Below, piece after piece: positions 22,243-32,316 of a stretch of DNA of 64,000 nucleotides (positions are counted from its first letter, which is position 1; every line of letters starts with the position of its first letter). The notes beneath the pieces were generated by a model, which saw only the letters and a program-made list of their open reading frames with translations, made no database searches and was not told the origin of the DNA. Location: contig CAVXNJ010000012.1 of the NCBI GenBank assembly GCA_963763135.1, positions 851,789-915,788 on the forward strand, read 5' to 3'. The DNA comes from an uncultured Acidimicrobiales bacterium. Its GTDB lineage: Bacteria; Actinomycetota; Acidimicrobiia; Acidimicrobiales; JANYDT01. A program made the translations under genes and the position numbers.

Positions 22243-23064
22243 TCAGTTTCGAACATTCGTCGATCGGTTTCGCCGATTGCGCGACACGTTTCGCCGACGC
22301 GTTGAGCTCGAGGTCGAGTTGCGCGTTTTCCGCCTCCCTGCCCGGTTGAACATGTTTGGACCACGCCACCGATCGCGCTTGTCAACAGCGCCGTTCATCC
22401 GCAGGAATCCGGCGTTGATGCTCGCTATTCGCCGGGTTCGCCGGTACACGCCGTTGCCGTTACGGGATCCGTCGGCGTTCGTGTTTCCCTCGATTGTCGC
22501 GATCGTTCCGTCGTCGTTCACCGCGGTGACGATCCCGGTGTGCCCCCGGTCCCCATCGTGGGAGATGAGAAAGATGTCACCAACGCGAGGTGACGTCGAC
22601 AGTCGTTCATGTGCGCGTCCCCACCGGAATCCTTCCGCAACTTTCGCGAAGCCCTTCCGACCTTGAATCTCGGGGAGCGGTTCACCGGCTTGGGCGAATG
22701 CCCAGGAGACGAACATGGCACACCACGCTTCATGGTTGAGGCCGTACCAGCGCCCGTACTTCGAATCGTTGTTGCGGCCTTCGCGATATCCGACTTGAGA
22801 TCGGGCCACGTCGATCAGCGCGATCGTCGCCATGTCGGCATCCCTGAAGTCGCGTGCCGTCCGCGCAGCATTGCCTGCCTGGTGTTCCCAGAGCCCACCC
22901 AGACACCGCAGGGCGAACACCGGATACGCCAACCGTTCGTCGGCAGCGAGGCGAGTGGCCCAGCTGTTCATTTCCGCCGCGAACTCGAACGCCACCGCGC
23001 AGAACCGCTCGATGTCTGGCGGCACCGCCGACACCGCACCCAAAGGCTCCAACATGTGAGCCAC
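22243..23064 (-). CDS. CHAP-domain (cysteine/histidine amidohydrolase-peptidase) protein embedded between nuoB and nuoC
   Basis: Catalytic pattern HEAWCAMFVSWAF (Cys), GDIFLISHDGDRGHTGIV (His), TIEGNT. The N-terminal ~90 aa are unassigned, no signal peptide is seen, and there is an Arg-rich C-terminal tail. Start is GTG 23064 or ATG 23055. Confidence 0.75.
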   Translation of the reverse strand: MAHMLEPLGAVSAVPPDIERFCAVAFEFAAEMNSWATRLAADERLAYPVFALRCLGGLWEHQAGNAARTARDFRDADMATIALIDVARSQVGYREGRNNDSKYGRWYGLNHEAWCAMFVSWAFAQAGEPLPEIQGRKGFAKVAEGFRWGRAHERLSTSPRVGDIFLISHDGDRGHTGIVTAVNDDGTIATIEGNTNADGSRNGNGVYRRTRRIASINAGFLRMNGAVDKRDRWRGPNMFNRAGRRKTRNSTSSSTRRRNVSRNRRNRSTNVRN

Positions 23065-23246
23065 CCCCTGCCACGCGAATTCAGGTACCTGCTGGGGAGC
23101 CCGCCGATCCTACGCAACGTGCCCCACGCTCCTGGGGAGGAACCCGCGCGCAAGGCCCGACTTTGACGCGACGTTCGGACGAATGTTCCCGCCCACCGAA
23201 CACATGTGACCGAACGTCGCGAACGGTGGGAGGAAAACCCAGGAAC

Positions 23247-23277
23247 ACGAATGGCCGCCCACCGGGCGGCCATTCGT
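23247..23277 (-). terminator. Strong GC-rich hairpin 25 nt downstream of the nuoB (cluster 1) stop; candidate intrinsic terminator or attenuator
   Basis: 13-bp perfect stem ACGAATGGCCGCC / GGCGGCCATTCGT with a 5-nt loop. On the minus strand it is followed by GTTCCTGGGTTTTCC. Confidence 0.45.
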
Positions 23278-23301
23278 TCAGAGCGGAAATTCTGCGGACT
23301 G

Positions 23302-23829
23302 CTAGCGGACGGGTCCGCCGCCGACCGTTATCGGGTCGCCGCGCCACTTGGCGCCCATGTCTTCGTTTTGGATCCGCTCCTGCAGCAGAACAATGCCTTC
23401 CAACAGTGCCTCCGGACGGGGCGGGCAGCCGGGGACGTAGACGTCGACGGGAACGATCTGGTCGACACCCTTGGTGACCGAGTAGCTGTCCCAGTACGGG
23501 CCGCCACAGTTGGCGCAGCTGCCCATCGAGATCACGTACTTCGGTTCCGGCATCTGCTCGTAGAGACGCTTGATGGCCGGCGCCATTTTGTCGGTGATCG
23601 TGCCCGAGAACACGACGAGGTCGGACTGCCGGGGCGATGCAGGGAAGGGGATGACCCCGAGGCGCATCACGTCGTAGCGGGGCGACGCGAACGCTGCGCC
23701 CATCTCGATTGCACAGCAGGCCAGACCCCACTGGTAGCACCACAACGAGTACTTACGGCTGTAGTTCAGCAGCCAGGTGATGGGCTTGGCGCCCTTCTTC
23801 CCCAGCAAACCGTTTTCGACTATGCCCAT
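23302..23829 (-). CDS. nuoB: NADH-quinone oxidoreductase subunit B (11-subunit cluster)
   Basis: 175 aa with [25 protein letters not shown] and GCPPRPE (N2 cluster ligands). Confidence 0.93.
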   Translation of the reverse strand: MGIVENGLLGKKGAKPITWLLNYSRKYSLWCYQWGLACCAIEMGAAFASPRYDVMRLGVIPFPASPRQSDLVVFSGTITDKMAPAIKRLYEQMPEPKYVISMGSCANCGGPYWDSYSVTKGVDQIVPVDVYVPGCPPRPEALLEGIVLLQERIQNEDMGAKWRGDPITVGGGPVR

Positions 23830-23899
23830 CGCACAACACCCTTCTCGTGGGCCCAGCCCACTTCACTGCACGACACGTAACTGCACGACACGTAGCTGC

Positions 23900-24265
23900 T
23901 TAGATCCACCGGAGGACACCCTTCTTCCAGGCGTACACGAGCCCGAGCAGCAGGATGAACACGAAGATGCCCATCTCTACGAGGCCGAACACACCGAAGT
24001 CTTCAAGTCGGAGAGCCCAGGGGAACAGGAACACGGCTTCGACGTCGAACATCACGAACAGCAGGGCGAAGATGTAGTAGCGGATCTGGCTCTGTGACCA
24101 GCCGATACCCACCGGGTCGACACCCGACTCGTAGGCCATCAACTTTTCTCGACCGGGCTTCTTCGGGCGAAGCAGTCGAGATATCGACAACGTGCCGCCT
24201 ACGAGGACGAACGCCGCCATCGCAAGAAACACGATCGTGAGATACGAGCGAAGAAAATCGGACAC
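23900..24265 (-). CDS. nuoA: NADH-quinone oxidoreductase subunit A (11-subunit cluster)
   Basis: 121 aa, ND3 pattern (YESGVDP, FDVEAVFLFPWA). GTG start 78 nt after the nuoN stop of cluster 2. Confidence 0.9.
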   Translation of the reverse strand: MSDFLRSYLTIVFLAMAAFVLVGGTLSISRLLRPKKPGREKLMAYESGVDPVGIGWSQSQIRYYIFALLFVMFDVEAVFLFPWALRLEDFGVFGLVEMGIFVFILLLGLVYAWKKGVLRWI

Positions 24266-24343
24266 GGTTGGTGATCCTACTGGTGATCGGAGAAACGGAC
24301 GAAACGGAGAGGCGTTGAAGCAGGGGCCGCTATCGGTGGACGG

Positions 24344-25885
24344 TTACCGCATGAACGCTTTGTCGGCGAAGTTCAACAGGGCCTGCGGCATGATCCCGGC
24401 GAAGAGCGTGAACGCCGCGGCGGCCACCAACGCGATCCGGGTTCCAACCGGAACGGCGAGCGATGCAGCCGACGGCGTGGACTCGACGGGGTCGTTCATG
24501 TACATCTGGACCATGAGCCGGAGGTAGGCGTAGGCCGAGATCACCGACGCGAGCATTGCGACGATCGCTATGGCGTAGGAGTGCACGTCGACCGCAGCGC
24601 GGATGACGCCGAACTTGGCGACGAAGCCCGAGGTCATCGGAATTCCGGCCTGGGCGAGCAGGAACAGGGTCAGAGCAATCGCCAGCATCGGCGACCGTTC
24701 GCCGAGGCCTTTGTACGACTCGATGGTATGGCTTCCGTCGCCGCGCTTGCCAACGATCGTGATCACGGCGAACGTGCCGAGAACGACGAACGTGTAGGTG
24801 AGGAGGTAGAAGAGCGACCCCGACATACCCTCGGTCGTCGCGGCTTGCAGGCCGATGAGGATGAAGCCGGCGTGGCTGATCGAGCTGTATGCCAGAACTC
24901 GTTTCACGTCGGTCTGGACGACCGCAAGGATCGAACCGATGACCATCGACGCAATCGCGAGCGCCCAGATCACCGGACGCCAATCGAGCGATCGGGTGCT
25001 GAGGGCCGTCAGCAGGAGACGCAGTAGGCCGGCGAATCCGGCGGTCTTGGCCGCCGCCGCCATGAAGCCCGTGACCGGAGACGGTGAACCCTGATAGACG
25101 TCGGGAGTCCACATGTGGAACGGGACCGCGGCGACTTTGAAGCCGAGACCAACGAGCAGGAAGGCGAGACCGGCGGTGAGCAGACCGTTCTTCAGAATCA
25201 CGTGACCGGTGAGGTAGGACGTGATCTCGCTGAAGTTGGTGGAGCCGGTCGCGCCGTAGGTGAGGGCGATGCCGTAGAGGAAGATCGCTGACGAGAAGCC
25301 ACCCAGCACGAAGTACTTGAGGGCCGCTTCCTGCGATTCCACCCGGCGAAGGTGCGAACCGGCCAGGACGTAGAGCGAGATCGAGAGGATTTCGAGCCCG
25401 AGGAACAACACGATGAGGTCGTTGGCACTCCCCATCACGATTCCACCGGATGCCGAAAGCATTGCGAGTACGTAGACCTCGGGCCCTTCGAGGTCTTCCC
25501 GGCGCAGGTAACCGTCGGCAATCAACACGGCGAGCACCAGCGCACAGCAGATGACGGACGTGACGAACACGGTGAAGCCGTCGACGTTGATGGCGTCGGC
25601 GATAGCCGTGAAGGCACCCCCGCGGATCCGGATCCACTGGCGCCACGCCGCGAATCCGGCAACTGCGGTGGTGGCGACGGTGAACCAGACGTAGGTTCCG
25701 TGAATCCACTTCGTGTGGCGAGCGAGCGATGCGACCACCAGGAGAATGAACGCTCCGGCGATGAGGATGGTCGCGGGTCCGACCGCGGTCCAGTCGACGA
25801 CCGGCATCTGGAACTTTTCCGGAGTTGCAGCATCCTGCAGATGAATTGCCCCGGACAGCGCAACGGCAACGGCGTTAAACATCAT
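24344..25885 (-). CDS. nuoN: NADH-quinone oxidoreductase subunit N (14-subunit cluster)
   Basis: 513-aa ND2/NuoN-type polytopic protein. Start overlaps the nuoM stop. Confidence 0.92.
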   Translation of the reverse strand: MMFNAVAVALSGAIHLQDAATPEKFQMPVVDWTAVGPATILIAGAFILLVVASLARHTKWIHGTYVWFTVATTAVAGFAAWRQWIRIRGGAFTAIADAINVDGFTVFVTSVICCALVLAVLIADGYLRREDLEGPEVYVLAMLSASGGIVMGSANDLIVLFLGLEILSISLYVLAGSHLRRVESQEAALKYFVLGGFSSAIFLYGIALTYGATGSTNFSEITSYLTGHVILKNGLLTAGLAFLLVGLGFKVAAVPFHMWTPDVYQGSPSPVTGFMAAAAKTAGFAGLLRLLLTALSTRSLDWRPVIWALAIASMVIGSILAVVQTDVKRVLAYSSISHAGFILIGLQAATTEGMSGSLFYLLTYTFVVLGTFAVITIVGKRGDGSHTIESYKGLGERSPMLAIALTLFLLAQAGIPMTSGFVAKFGVIRAAVDVHSYAIAIVAMLASVISAYAYLRLMVQMYMNDPVESTPSAASLAVPVGTRIALVAAAAFTLFAGIMPQALLNFADKAFMR

Positions 25886-27555
25886 TCACCCGCCCCAGCG
25901 ACAGTGGTCTCGGTGGCCGAATCGGCCGCCGGTGTTTCGGCATCACCTGCAGCGCCTTCGGCTGCCGGCACTACACCGCGGTTCTTGGCCACGGCAGGCT
26001 CTTTCGCCTTGGACTGTTCTTCAACATGTTTGATCAACTGGTTCACCGAGGGATCGATGCGATCAAGGAACGGCTTTGGGTACACGCCCATGCCGATGAT
26101 CAGCACAACCAACGGAGCGATCACGAAACGCTCACGAGTAGTGAGGTCCCACATGTGTTCGCGGTTCTCGTCGTCGGGCACTCCGTGGAACGTGCGTTGG
26201 TAGGCCCAGAGCAGATACAGCGCAGCGAGGATCACACCGGTCGCCGCGACAACAGCCCACCAACGATGGGTCAGGAACGTGCCGATGAGGATCATGAACT
26301 CACCGACGAAACCGTTGAGACCGGGCACCCCGATCGAGCTGAGCATCACGATGGTGAACACGCCGGCCATAACCGGGGCGAGTGTCTGCAGGCCCTTCAA
26401 CTCGGAGATCTCACGGGTGTGGCGGCGCTCGTAGATCCAGCCGACGAGAAGGAACAACGCAGGCGTCGAGACACCGTGGTTGACCATTTGGAGAACCGAG
26501 CCCGACAGTGCCTGGTTGGTGATGGCGTATGTGCCGACCACGATGAACCCGAGGTGAGCAACCGACGAGTACGCAACGAGGCGCTTGAGGTCTTTCTGCA
26601 CGACGGCGGTGAGCGCTCCGTAGATGATGCCGATCACGCCGAGGGTCAACATGACCGGGCCGAACCATACCGATGCCTCAGGGAACAGGTACAGACCGAA
26701 GCGGATCAGGCCGTAGGTTCCCATCTTCAGCATCACGCCGGCCAGGATGACTGAACCGGCCGTAGGTGCTTCGGTGTGCGCATCGGGCAACCAGGTGTGC
26801 AGCGGGAAGACCGGCACCTTGATGGCGAACGCCAGAGCGAAGGCCAGGAACAGCCAGCGGGCGGTGTTGTGCGACAGATTGGCCTGGGCCAGCTGAGTCA
26901 CATCGAAGGTAAGTACACCTAGCTTGTCTTTGGCCAGGAACGCCAGCGTGATCGAAGCGACCAACATGAGGGCGGAACCGAACATCGTGTAGAGGAAGAA
27001 CTTCATCGCGGCGTATTGCTTCGCGCCGTGGCCCCATCCACCGATCAGGAAGTACATCGGGACGAGCACGATCTCGAAGAAGACGAAGAACACAAAGAGG
27101 TCGAGGCTGAGGAACACGCCCATGACGCCGGCTTCCAGCAGGAGCAGCCAGGCGATGTAGGGCTTGATGTTGTGGCGCTCGTCGGGTCCGAGAATGGCGA
27201 TCGGGAACAGGATGCCGGTGAGCACGACGAGGAACAGCGAGATGCCGTCGACCCCAAGGTTCCACGAGACACCGAACTGCTTGATCCACTCGTGCTTGGA
27301 GCTGAACTGGAAGCCCGCGTCGAGCTTCTCGAAGTTCGTAAGCAACCATATGGTCATCGCGAGCGTGGCCCCCGAGAAACCGAGACCGGCGATCTTGACG
27401 ATCTCCTCCCGGCTCTTCGGGATCAACGCGACCACCGCGGCCCCGACGAGCGGTACCACGATCAGCATGGTGAGAAGCGGAAACGCCACCGGGGCGCTCT
27501 CGTGCGCCTTTTCGGCCGTACTTATGGCCGCAAGAAGTGGAGACATGTCCATCAC
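25882..27555 (-). CDS. nuoM: NADH-quinone oxidoreductase subunit M (14-subunit cluster)
   Basis: 557 aa of ND4 type (VPVFPLHTWLPDAHTEAPT). Confidence 0.93.
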   Translation of the reverse strand: MMDMSPLLAAISTAEKAHESAPVAFPLLTMLIVVPLVGAAVVALIPKSREEIVKIAGLGFSGATLAMTIWLLTNFEKLDAGFQFSSKHEWIKQFGVSWNLGVDGISLFLVVLTGILFPIAILGPDERHNIKPYIAWLLLLEAGVMGVFLSLDLFVFFVFFEIVLVPMYFLIGGWGHGAKQYAAMKFFLYTMFGSALMLVASITLAFLAKDKLGVLTFDVTQLAQANLSHNTARWLFLAFALAFAIKVPVFPLHTWLPDAHTEAPTAGSVILAGVMLKMGTYGLIRFGLYLFPEASVWFGPVMLTLGVIGIIYGALTAVVQKDLKRLVAYSSVAHLGFIVVGTYAITNQALSGSVLQMVNHGVSTPALFLLVGWIYERRHTREISELKGLQTLAPVMAGVFTIVMLSSIGVPGLNGFVGEFMILIGTFLTHRWWAVVAATGVILAALYLLWAYQRTFHGVPDDENREHMWDLTTRERFVIAPLVVLIIGMGVYPKPFLDRIDPSVNQLIKHVEEQSKAKEPAVAKNRGVVPAAEGAAGDAETPAADSATETTVAGAGE

Positions 27556-29525
27556 AGTGACGTCCGAACGAGAACATAGGCGACCATCAACACGAGTCCT
27601 CCGACAAGGCCCAGCGCGTATTGGCGCACATAACCGGTTTGTACTTTGCGAACCGTGCCGCCGACAACCTGCACCACGGTTCCGAATCCATTCACGATGC
27701 CGTCGATGATCTTCTTGTCGAAGACGAACGCCGCAAAGCTGCTGATGGCCATGCCTGGCACGGTGATCACTTTGCCGAGGATCGCATCAATACCGTAAGC
27801 ACGCTTAAGAAGCGGTACCTCAAGGTTCGGCTGATCAGCACTGCGCTTCCACATCGACCAACCGAGGAAAATGCCGGCGAAGCCACAGAGGCTGGCGATC
27901 ACGGCCAGGACGATCTTGGTGCCGCCAGCCACGTGAGCGGGCTCGGTCACGAAGGCGTGAATCTCGGTTCCGGGAATCAGACCGGATTCGAGCCACTTGG
28001 CCAGGAACTCCCACTTCGGTTTGAACGGGGTGTTGATGAACCCGCCAATTGCAGCGAGACCCGCGAGAGCAACGAGAGGCAGGACCATGATGGCCGGTGA
28101 CTCGTGCGGGCCGGCGCCGTGACCATGGGTTCCGTGGGCTTCGGCGTCGTGCGATTCGCCGGCGTGTGATTCAGCGCCATGGGCGTCGTCGAGGAAACGC
28201 TCCTTGCCACCGAACACCAGGACCACTTGGCGGGTCATGTAGTAGGCGGTGAGAAGTGCGGTCACGAGACCGAGAATCCACAGTGGCTTGCTGGTCTGGT
28301 AGGCGCCGAGAAGAATCTCATCCTTCGACCAGAATCCAGACAGTGGGAAGACACCCGAGATGGCCAGCCAGCCGACCATGTAGGTCGCGAAGGTGATAGG
28401 CATCCATTTGCGGATGTTGCCCATGAACTTCATGTTCTGGGGATCGTCGTGCCCGTGCATGCCGTGGATCACCGAGCCGGCTCCGAGGAACATGAGCGCC
28501 TTGAAAAACGCGTGCGTGACCATGTGGAAGATTGCGGCGACGTTCGCCCCGACTCCGACCGCGAGGAACATGTAGCCCAGTTGGCTGATCGTGGAATACG
28601 CCAGCACGCGCTTAATGTCGTCTTGCGCCGTCGCGATGGTGGCGGCGTAAAGCGCGGTGAGACCGCCGGTCCAGGCGATGATCTGCATCACGCCGGGCGT
28701 GAGTTCGAGCAGCGGGTGAACCCGGACCATCAGATAAACGCCGGCGGTCACCATCGTGGCCGCGTGGATGAGGGCCGACACCGGGGTGGGGCCTTCCATG
28801 GCATCAGGCAGCCAGACGTACAGCGGAAGCTGGGCCGACTTACCGCAGGCACCCAGGAAGAGCAGCAGGCAGATCGCAACCACCGTCGACTGGGCCGGTC
28901 GGTTCTCTTCGATGGCGCGAAACACGGCGTGGTACTGCAACGAGCCGGTCTGCTGGAAGATGAGGAACATCGCACCCATGAGGCCAAAGTCGCCGATGCG
29001 GTTGGTTACGAAGGCCTTCTTGCCGGCGCTCGCCGCCGAGTCCTTTTCGAACCAGAACGAGATGAGCAGGTACGAGCACGCACCCACGCCTTCCCAACCG
29101 AGGAACATGAGCACGAAGTTGTCGGCAAGGACCAACATCAGCATCGAGAACACGAACAGGTTCAGGTAGGTGAAGAACCGCGGGAAACGGGGATCGCCGT
29201 GCATGTAGCCGATGGCGAACAGGTGGATCAGCGTCGCAATGCCGGTAACGAAGAGCACCATCGTGATCGACAGCGGGTTGACCAGCAACGCGGCGTCGAC
29301 ACCGAGCGAGGGCATCCAGGAGAACAGCACCTTGGTGAAGGCCCGCTCCTCTTCGTGCTTGCCCACCAGCGTGACGAACACGGCCGCGGCCATGACAAAT
29401 GAGCCACCGACCATGGCCGTCGCGAGGTAACCGCTGAGGGGTTCACCGATGCGCTTACCGACCAACAGGAGAATGCAGAACCCAACGAGTGGAAGGGTCG
29501 GGATGAGCCAGACGAGATCGAGCAC
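27552..29525 (-). CDS. nuoL: NADH-quinone oxidoreductase subunit L (14-subunit cluster)
   Basis: 657 aa of ND5 type (AQLPLYVWLPDAMEGPTP). Contains a His-rich loop. Confidence 0.93.
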   Translation of the reverse strand: MLDLVWLIPTLPLVGFCILLLVGKRIGEPLSGYLATAMVGGSFVMAAAVFVTLVGKHEEERAFTKVLFSWMPSLGVDAALLVNPLSITMVLFVTGIATLIHLFAIGYMHGDPRFPRFFTYLNLFVFSMLMLVLADNFVLMFLGWEGVGACSYLLISFWFEKDSAASAGKKAFVTNRIGDFGLMGAMFLIFQQTGSLQYHAVFRAIEENRPAQSTVVAICLLLFLGACGKSAQLPLYVWLPDAMEGPTPVSALIHAATMVTAGVYLMVRVHPLLELTPGVMQIIAWTGGLTALYAATIATAQDDIKRVLAYSTISQLGYMFLAVGVGANVAAIFHMVTHAFFKALMFLGAGSVIHGMHGHDDPQNMKFMGNIRKWMPITFATYMVGWLAISGVFPLSGFWSKDEILLGAYQTSKPLWILGLVTALLTAYYMTRQVVLVFGGKERFLDDAHGAESHAGESHDAEAHGTHGHGAGPHESPAIMVLPLVALAGLAAIGGFINTPFKPKWEFLAKWLESGLIPGTEIHAFVTEPAHVAGGTKIVLAVIASLCGFAGIFLGWSMWKRSADQPNLEVPLLKRAYGIDAILGKVITVPGMAISSFAAFVFDKKIIDGIVNGFGTVVQVVGGTVRKVQTGYVRQYALGLVGGLVLMVAYVLVRTSL

Positions 29526-29527
29526 GG

Positions 29528-29863
29528 TCAGCCCTTCAGCAGCGAGACGCTGTCGGCCGTGGCGCCGATCTTACGGCGACGGAAAATGGACACGATGATG
29601 CCGAGACCGACCACTACTTCGGCTGCGGCGACGACCATGGTGAAGAACACCGCCACCTGCCCGCCGATGTCGTCGAGCGCTTTGGCGAAGGTGACGAGCG
29701 CAAGGTTCGCCGCGTTGAGCATCAGCTCGACGCACATGAACATCACGAGCACGTTGCGCTTCAGGAGAATGCCAACGGCGCCGAGGGTGAACAACGCAGC
29801 GGAGACCGCAAGGTATGCGGCTGCGTTGGGCTTGCCCACAGCGGAAAAAATTACAGCGGTCAT
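29528..29863 (-). CDS. nuoK: NADH-quinone oxidoreductase subunit K (14-subunit cluster)
   Basis: 111 aa, ND4L pattern. Confidence 0.9.
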   Translation of the reverse strand: MTAVIFSAVGKPNAAAYLAVSAALFTLGAVGILLKRNVLVMFMCVELMLNAANLALVTFAKALDDIGGQVAVFFTMVVAAAEVVVGLGIIVSIFRRRKIGATADSVSLLKG

Positions 29864-30396
29864 GCGGCGGTTCCCTCATCGAGAGGTTTGGGCTTGCGGG
29901 CGAGCATCACAGCACCGACTACGGCGACTACCAACAGCACCGAGGTGATCTCGAACGCGAACAGATAACGGGTGAAGAGCGACTTGCTGAGGGTTTCGAC
30001 GTTGGTGCCAGGTCCTTCGGCTGGACCGGATGTGCTGCGGGCGCCAAGGACGACGTTGACCCGGCTGATCAGAATCAGCTCGGCGAGGGTGATTGCGCCC
30101 ACCACGGCCGCCGCGACCCGCTGACCCTTGAGTGGTTCACCGCTGAGGCCGTCGTTGCGATCGACACCGAGCAGCATGATCACGAAGAGGAAGAGCACCA
30201 CGATGGCGCCGGCATACACGATGACCTGCACGGCGGCGAGGAAGTGTGCACCCTGGGCCACAAACAGCACCGCTACACCGAAGAGGGTCTGTACCAGAGC
30301 CAGAGCGGCGTGCACCGGGTTCTTCATGGTGAGAACACCGGCAGCGCCGACCAACGCCATCAGGGCGCCGACGATAAATACGATCCAATCAACCAT
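29860..30396 (-). CDS. nuoJ: NADH-quinone oxidoreductase subunit J (14-subunit cluster)
   Basis: 178 aa, ND6-like, with the expected position and overlapping neighbours. Confidence 0.88.
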   Translation of the reverse strand: MVDWIVFIVGALMALVGAAGVLTMKNPVHAALALVQTLFGVAVLFVAQGAHFLAAVQVIVYAGAIVVLFLFVIMLLGVDRNDGLSGEPLKGQRVAAAVVGAITLAELILISRVNVVLGARSTSGPAEGPGTNVETLSKSLFTRYLFAFEITSVLLVVAVVGAVMLARKPKPLDEGTAA

Positions 30397-31085
30397 CAGT
30401 GATGGCCACCTCCGTGTGAGGCACCGTGGGTGTCATGCGACGCAGCTTTGGCTGCAGCTCTTGCCGCTTCGGCCTCGAGCTGCACGCGGCGCTCGATTTC
30501 GACTGATTGTCCGGCCTCCGGGGGCCGCTCGCCGTGGCCGAGATCGCCGGACCAAAGGACCTTGCCTTCGAAGGTGGTGTCTCCGCCGGGGGCGGTGGCG
30601 CGCATCCAACCCGAGATCGGGATATCAGCGCCGCGGTCGTCTTCCCAAGGCTGCACACGCGGCCTGCCGTTGTCGTCGACGACCAGTTCGGCCTTCGTGT
30701 AGATCGCATCACGCCGGTTGGTGAAGCTGAACTCGAAGATCTTCGACTCCGTGATCGCTTCGGTCGGACACGCTTCGACGCACATGTCGCAGTGAATGCA
30801 GCGGAGGTAGTTGATCTCGTAGACGAAGCCGAAACGCTCGCCCGGTGAGGTCGGGTTGTCGGGATCGTTGTCGGCCCCGCGAACGTAGATGCACTTCGCC
30901 GGGCAGACGCCGGCGCAGAGCTCACAACCGATGCACTTCTCCATGCCGTCTTCGTAACGGTTGAGTACATGGCGACCGTGAAAGCGTTCGGGCTTGGGGC
31001 GCAGTGTGTCGGGGTAACGCTCGGTGCGGACGTCGTGGCGCAGGTGTTCCTGCAGCGGAATCCGGAAGCCTTCCAGGTAACCCAT
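30396..31085 (-). CDS. nuoI: NADH-quinone oxidoreductase subunit I (14-subunit cluster) with long C-terminal extension
   Basis: [12 protein letters not shown] and [12 protein letters not shown] motifs. About 70 aa of C-terminal extension ending [13 protein letters not shown]. Confidence 0.92.
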   Translation of the reverse strand: MGYLEGFRIPLQEHLRHDVRTERYPDTLRPKPERFHGRHVLNRYEDGMEKCIGCELCAGVCPAKCIYVRGADNDPDNPTSPGERFGFVYEINYLRCIHCDMCVEACPTEAITESKIFEFSFTNRRDAIYTKAELVVDDNGRPRVQPWEDDRGADIPISGWMRATAPGGDTTFEGKVLWSGDLGHGERPPEAGQSVEIERRVQLEAEAARAAAKAASHDTHGASHGGGHH

Positions 31086-31087
31086 AG

Positions 31088-32314
31088 CTAAAACCTTCCG
31101 GTCGAGAGACGTTTGTCGGCAGCGTTACCGGCGGCCAGCTCCTGATCTGATGTCTTTCGACCAACACGCATCGCCGCAGAGAGTAGACCCCACACGGCAG
31201 CGATCCCGGCACCGGCGAACAGCAGGTTGCGGAAAACCTCGGCACGGTTGCCGTTGGCCACGTCGCCGGCAGCAAGCAGTAGCAACCACAGCAGCGACGC
31301 CGGAATCAGCTTCTTCCAACCGAGATCCATCAGCTGGTCGTAGCGGAACCGGGGCAGCGTGGCTCGGAGGAGCACGTAGATGTAGAGCAGCACGAGCAAC
31401 TTGAGCAGGAACCACAGTGGTGAGACGGCCGTGAAGAATGGAACGTCCCAGGGGATGCTCGGGCCACCGAGGAACAGCGTGATGATCAACGCCGACATCG
31501 TGATCGTGTTCATGAACTCAGCGAGGTAGAAGAATGCAAACCGCGCTGACGAGTACTCGGTGTGGAAACCTCCGACGAGTTCCGACTCAGCTTCGACGAG
31601 GTCGAACGGTGGGCGGTTGAGTTCGGCGGTGGCGGCGATGCAGAAGATCGCGAACGGCACAAGCACGGTCGTGAACGCGTTCCAGCGGTATCCGGCCTGG
31701 GCGGCCACGATGCCCTGGGTGGAAAGGGTCTTGCTCTTGAGGATGACCGCGGCGAGCGAAAGTCCGAGGGCCGCCTCGTAGCTAACCATCTGCGCACTCG
31801 CTCGGACGGCACCGATGAGCGGGTACTTCGAGCCGCTGGACCAGCCAGCGAGCATGACGCCGTAGACCGCGATTCCGGAGAGCGCCAGCGTGAACAGCAC
31901 ACCCATCGGCGGGTTGGCCAACTGCAGGAACGTGGCGTGCTTGCCGTAGTGGACAAGGCCCCCGAGCGGAATGATCGCAAACGTAAGGAATGCCGGCACG
32001 GCACTCAGGTACGGGGCGAGTCGGAAGACCCACTTGTCGGAGCGCTCCGGAAACAGATCCTCTTTGAAGAACAGCTTGGTGCCGTCGGCGAGGGTCTGCA
32101 GGAGACCGAACGGGCCGGCACGGTTCGGGCCGACGCGGTTCTGCATCTTTGAGATGGCTTTGCGTTCGAACCAGACCATCAACATGACGCCGACAAGACA
32201 GAACACGAAGGAAAGGAGGACCTTCACCAAGATGATGATGATCGGCCAGCCCCAGAGGTCAAAGCCGGAGGTGAAGAGCGGGTCGCCCTGTTCGGTTGCG
32301 AGGATCAGACCCAT
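31088..32314 (-). CDS. nuoH: NADH-quinone oxidoreductase subunit H (14-subunit cluster)
   Basis: 408 aa of ND1 type ([42 protein letters not shown]). Confidence 0.93.
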   Translation of the reverse strand: MGLILATEQGDPLFTSGFDLWGWPIIIILVKVLLSFVFCLVGVMLMVWFERKAISKMQNRVGPNRAGPFGLLQTLADGTKLFFKEDLFPERSDKWVFRLAPYLSAVPAFLTFAIIPLGGLVHYGKHATFLQLANPPMGVLFTLALSGIAVYGVMLAGWSSGSKYPLIGAVRASAQMVSYEAALGLSLAAVILKSKTLSTQGIVAAQAGYRWNAFTTVLVPFAIFCIAATAELNRPPFDLVEAESELVGGFHTEYSSARFAFFYLAEFMNTITMSALIITLFLGGPSIPWDVPFFTAVSPLWFLLKLLVLLYIYVLLRATLPRFRYDQLMDLGWKKLIPASLLWLLLLAAGDVANGNRAEVFRNLLFAGAGIAAVWGLLSAAMRVGRKTSDQELAAGNAADKRLSTGRF

Positions 32315-32316
32315 GC

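Noticed and set aside
22127-22369. Alternative-frame 80-aa ORF at the CHAP gene 3' end, considered as evidence of another frameshift explaining the Arg-rich CHAP tail.
   Set aside because: It runs through the AT-rich non-coding patch into the nuoC start, and there is no homopolymer or homology support. The CHAP tail is left as read, with low confidence.
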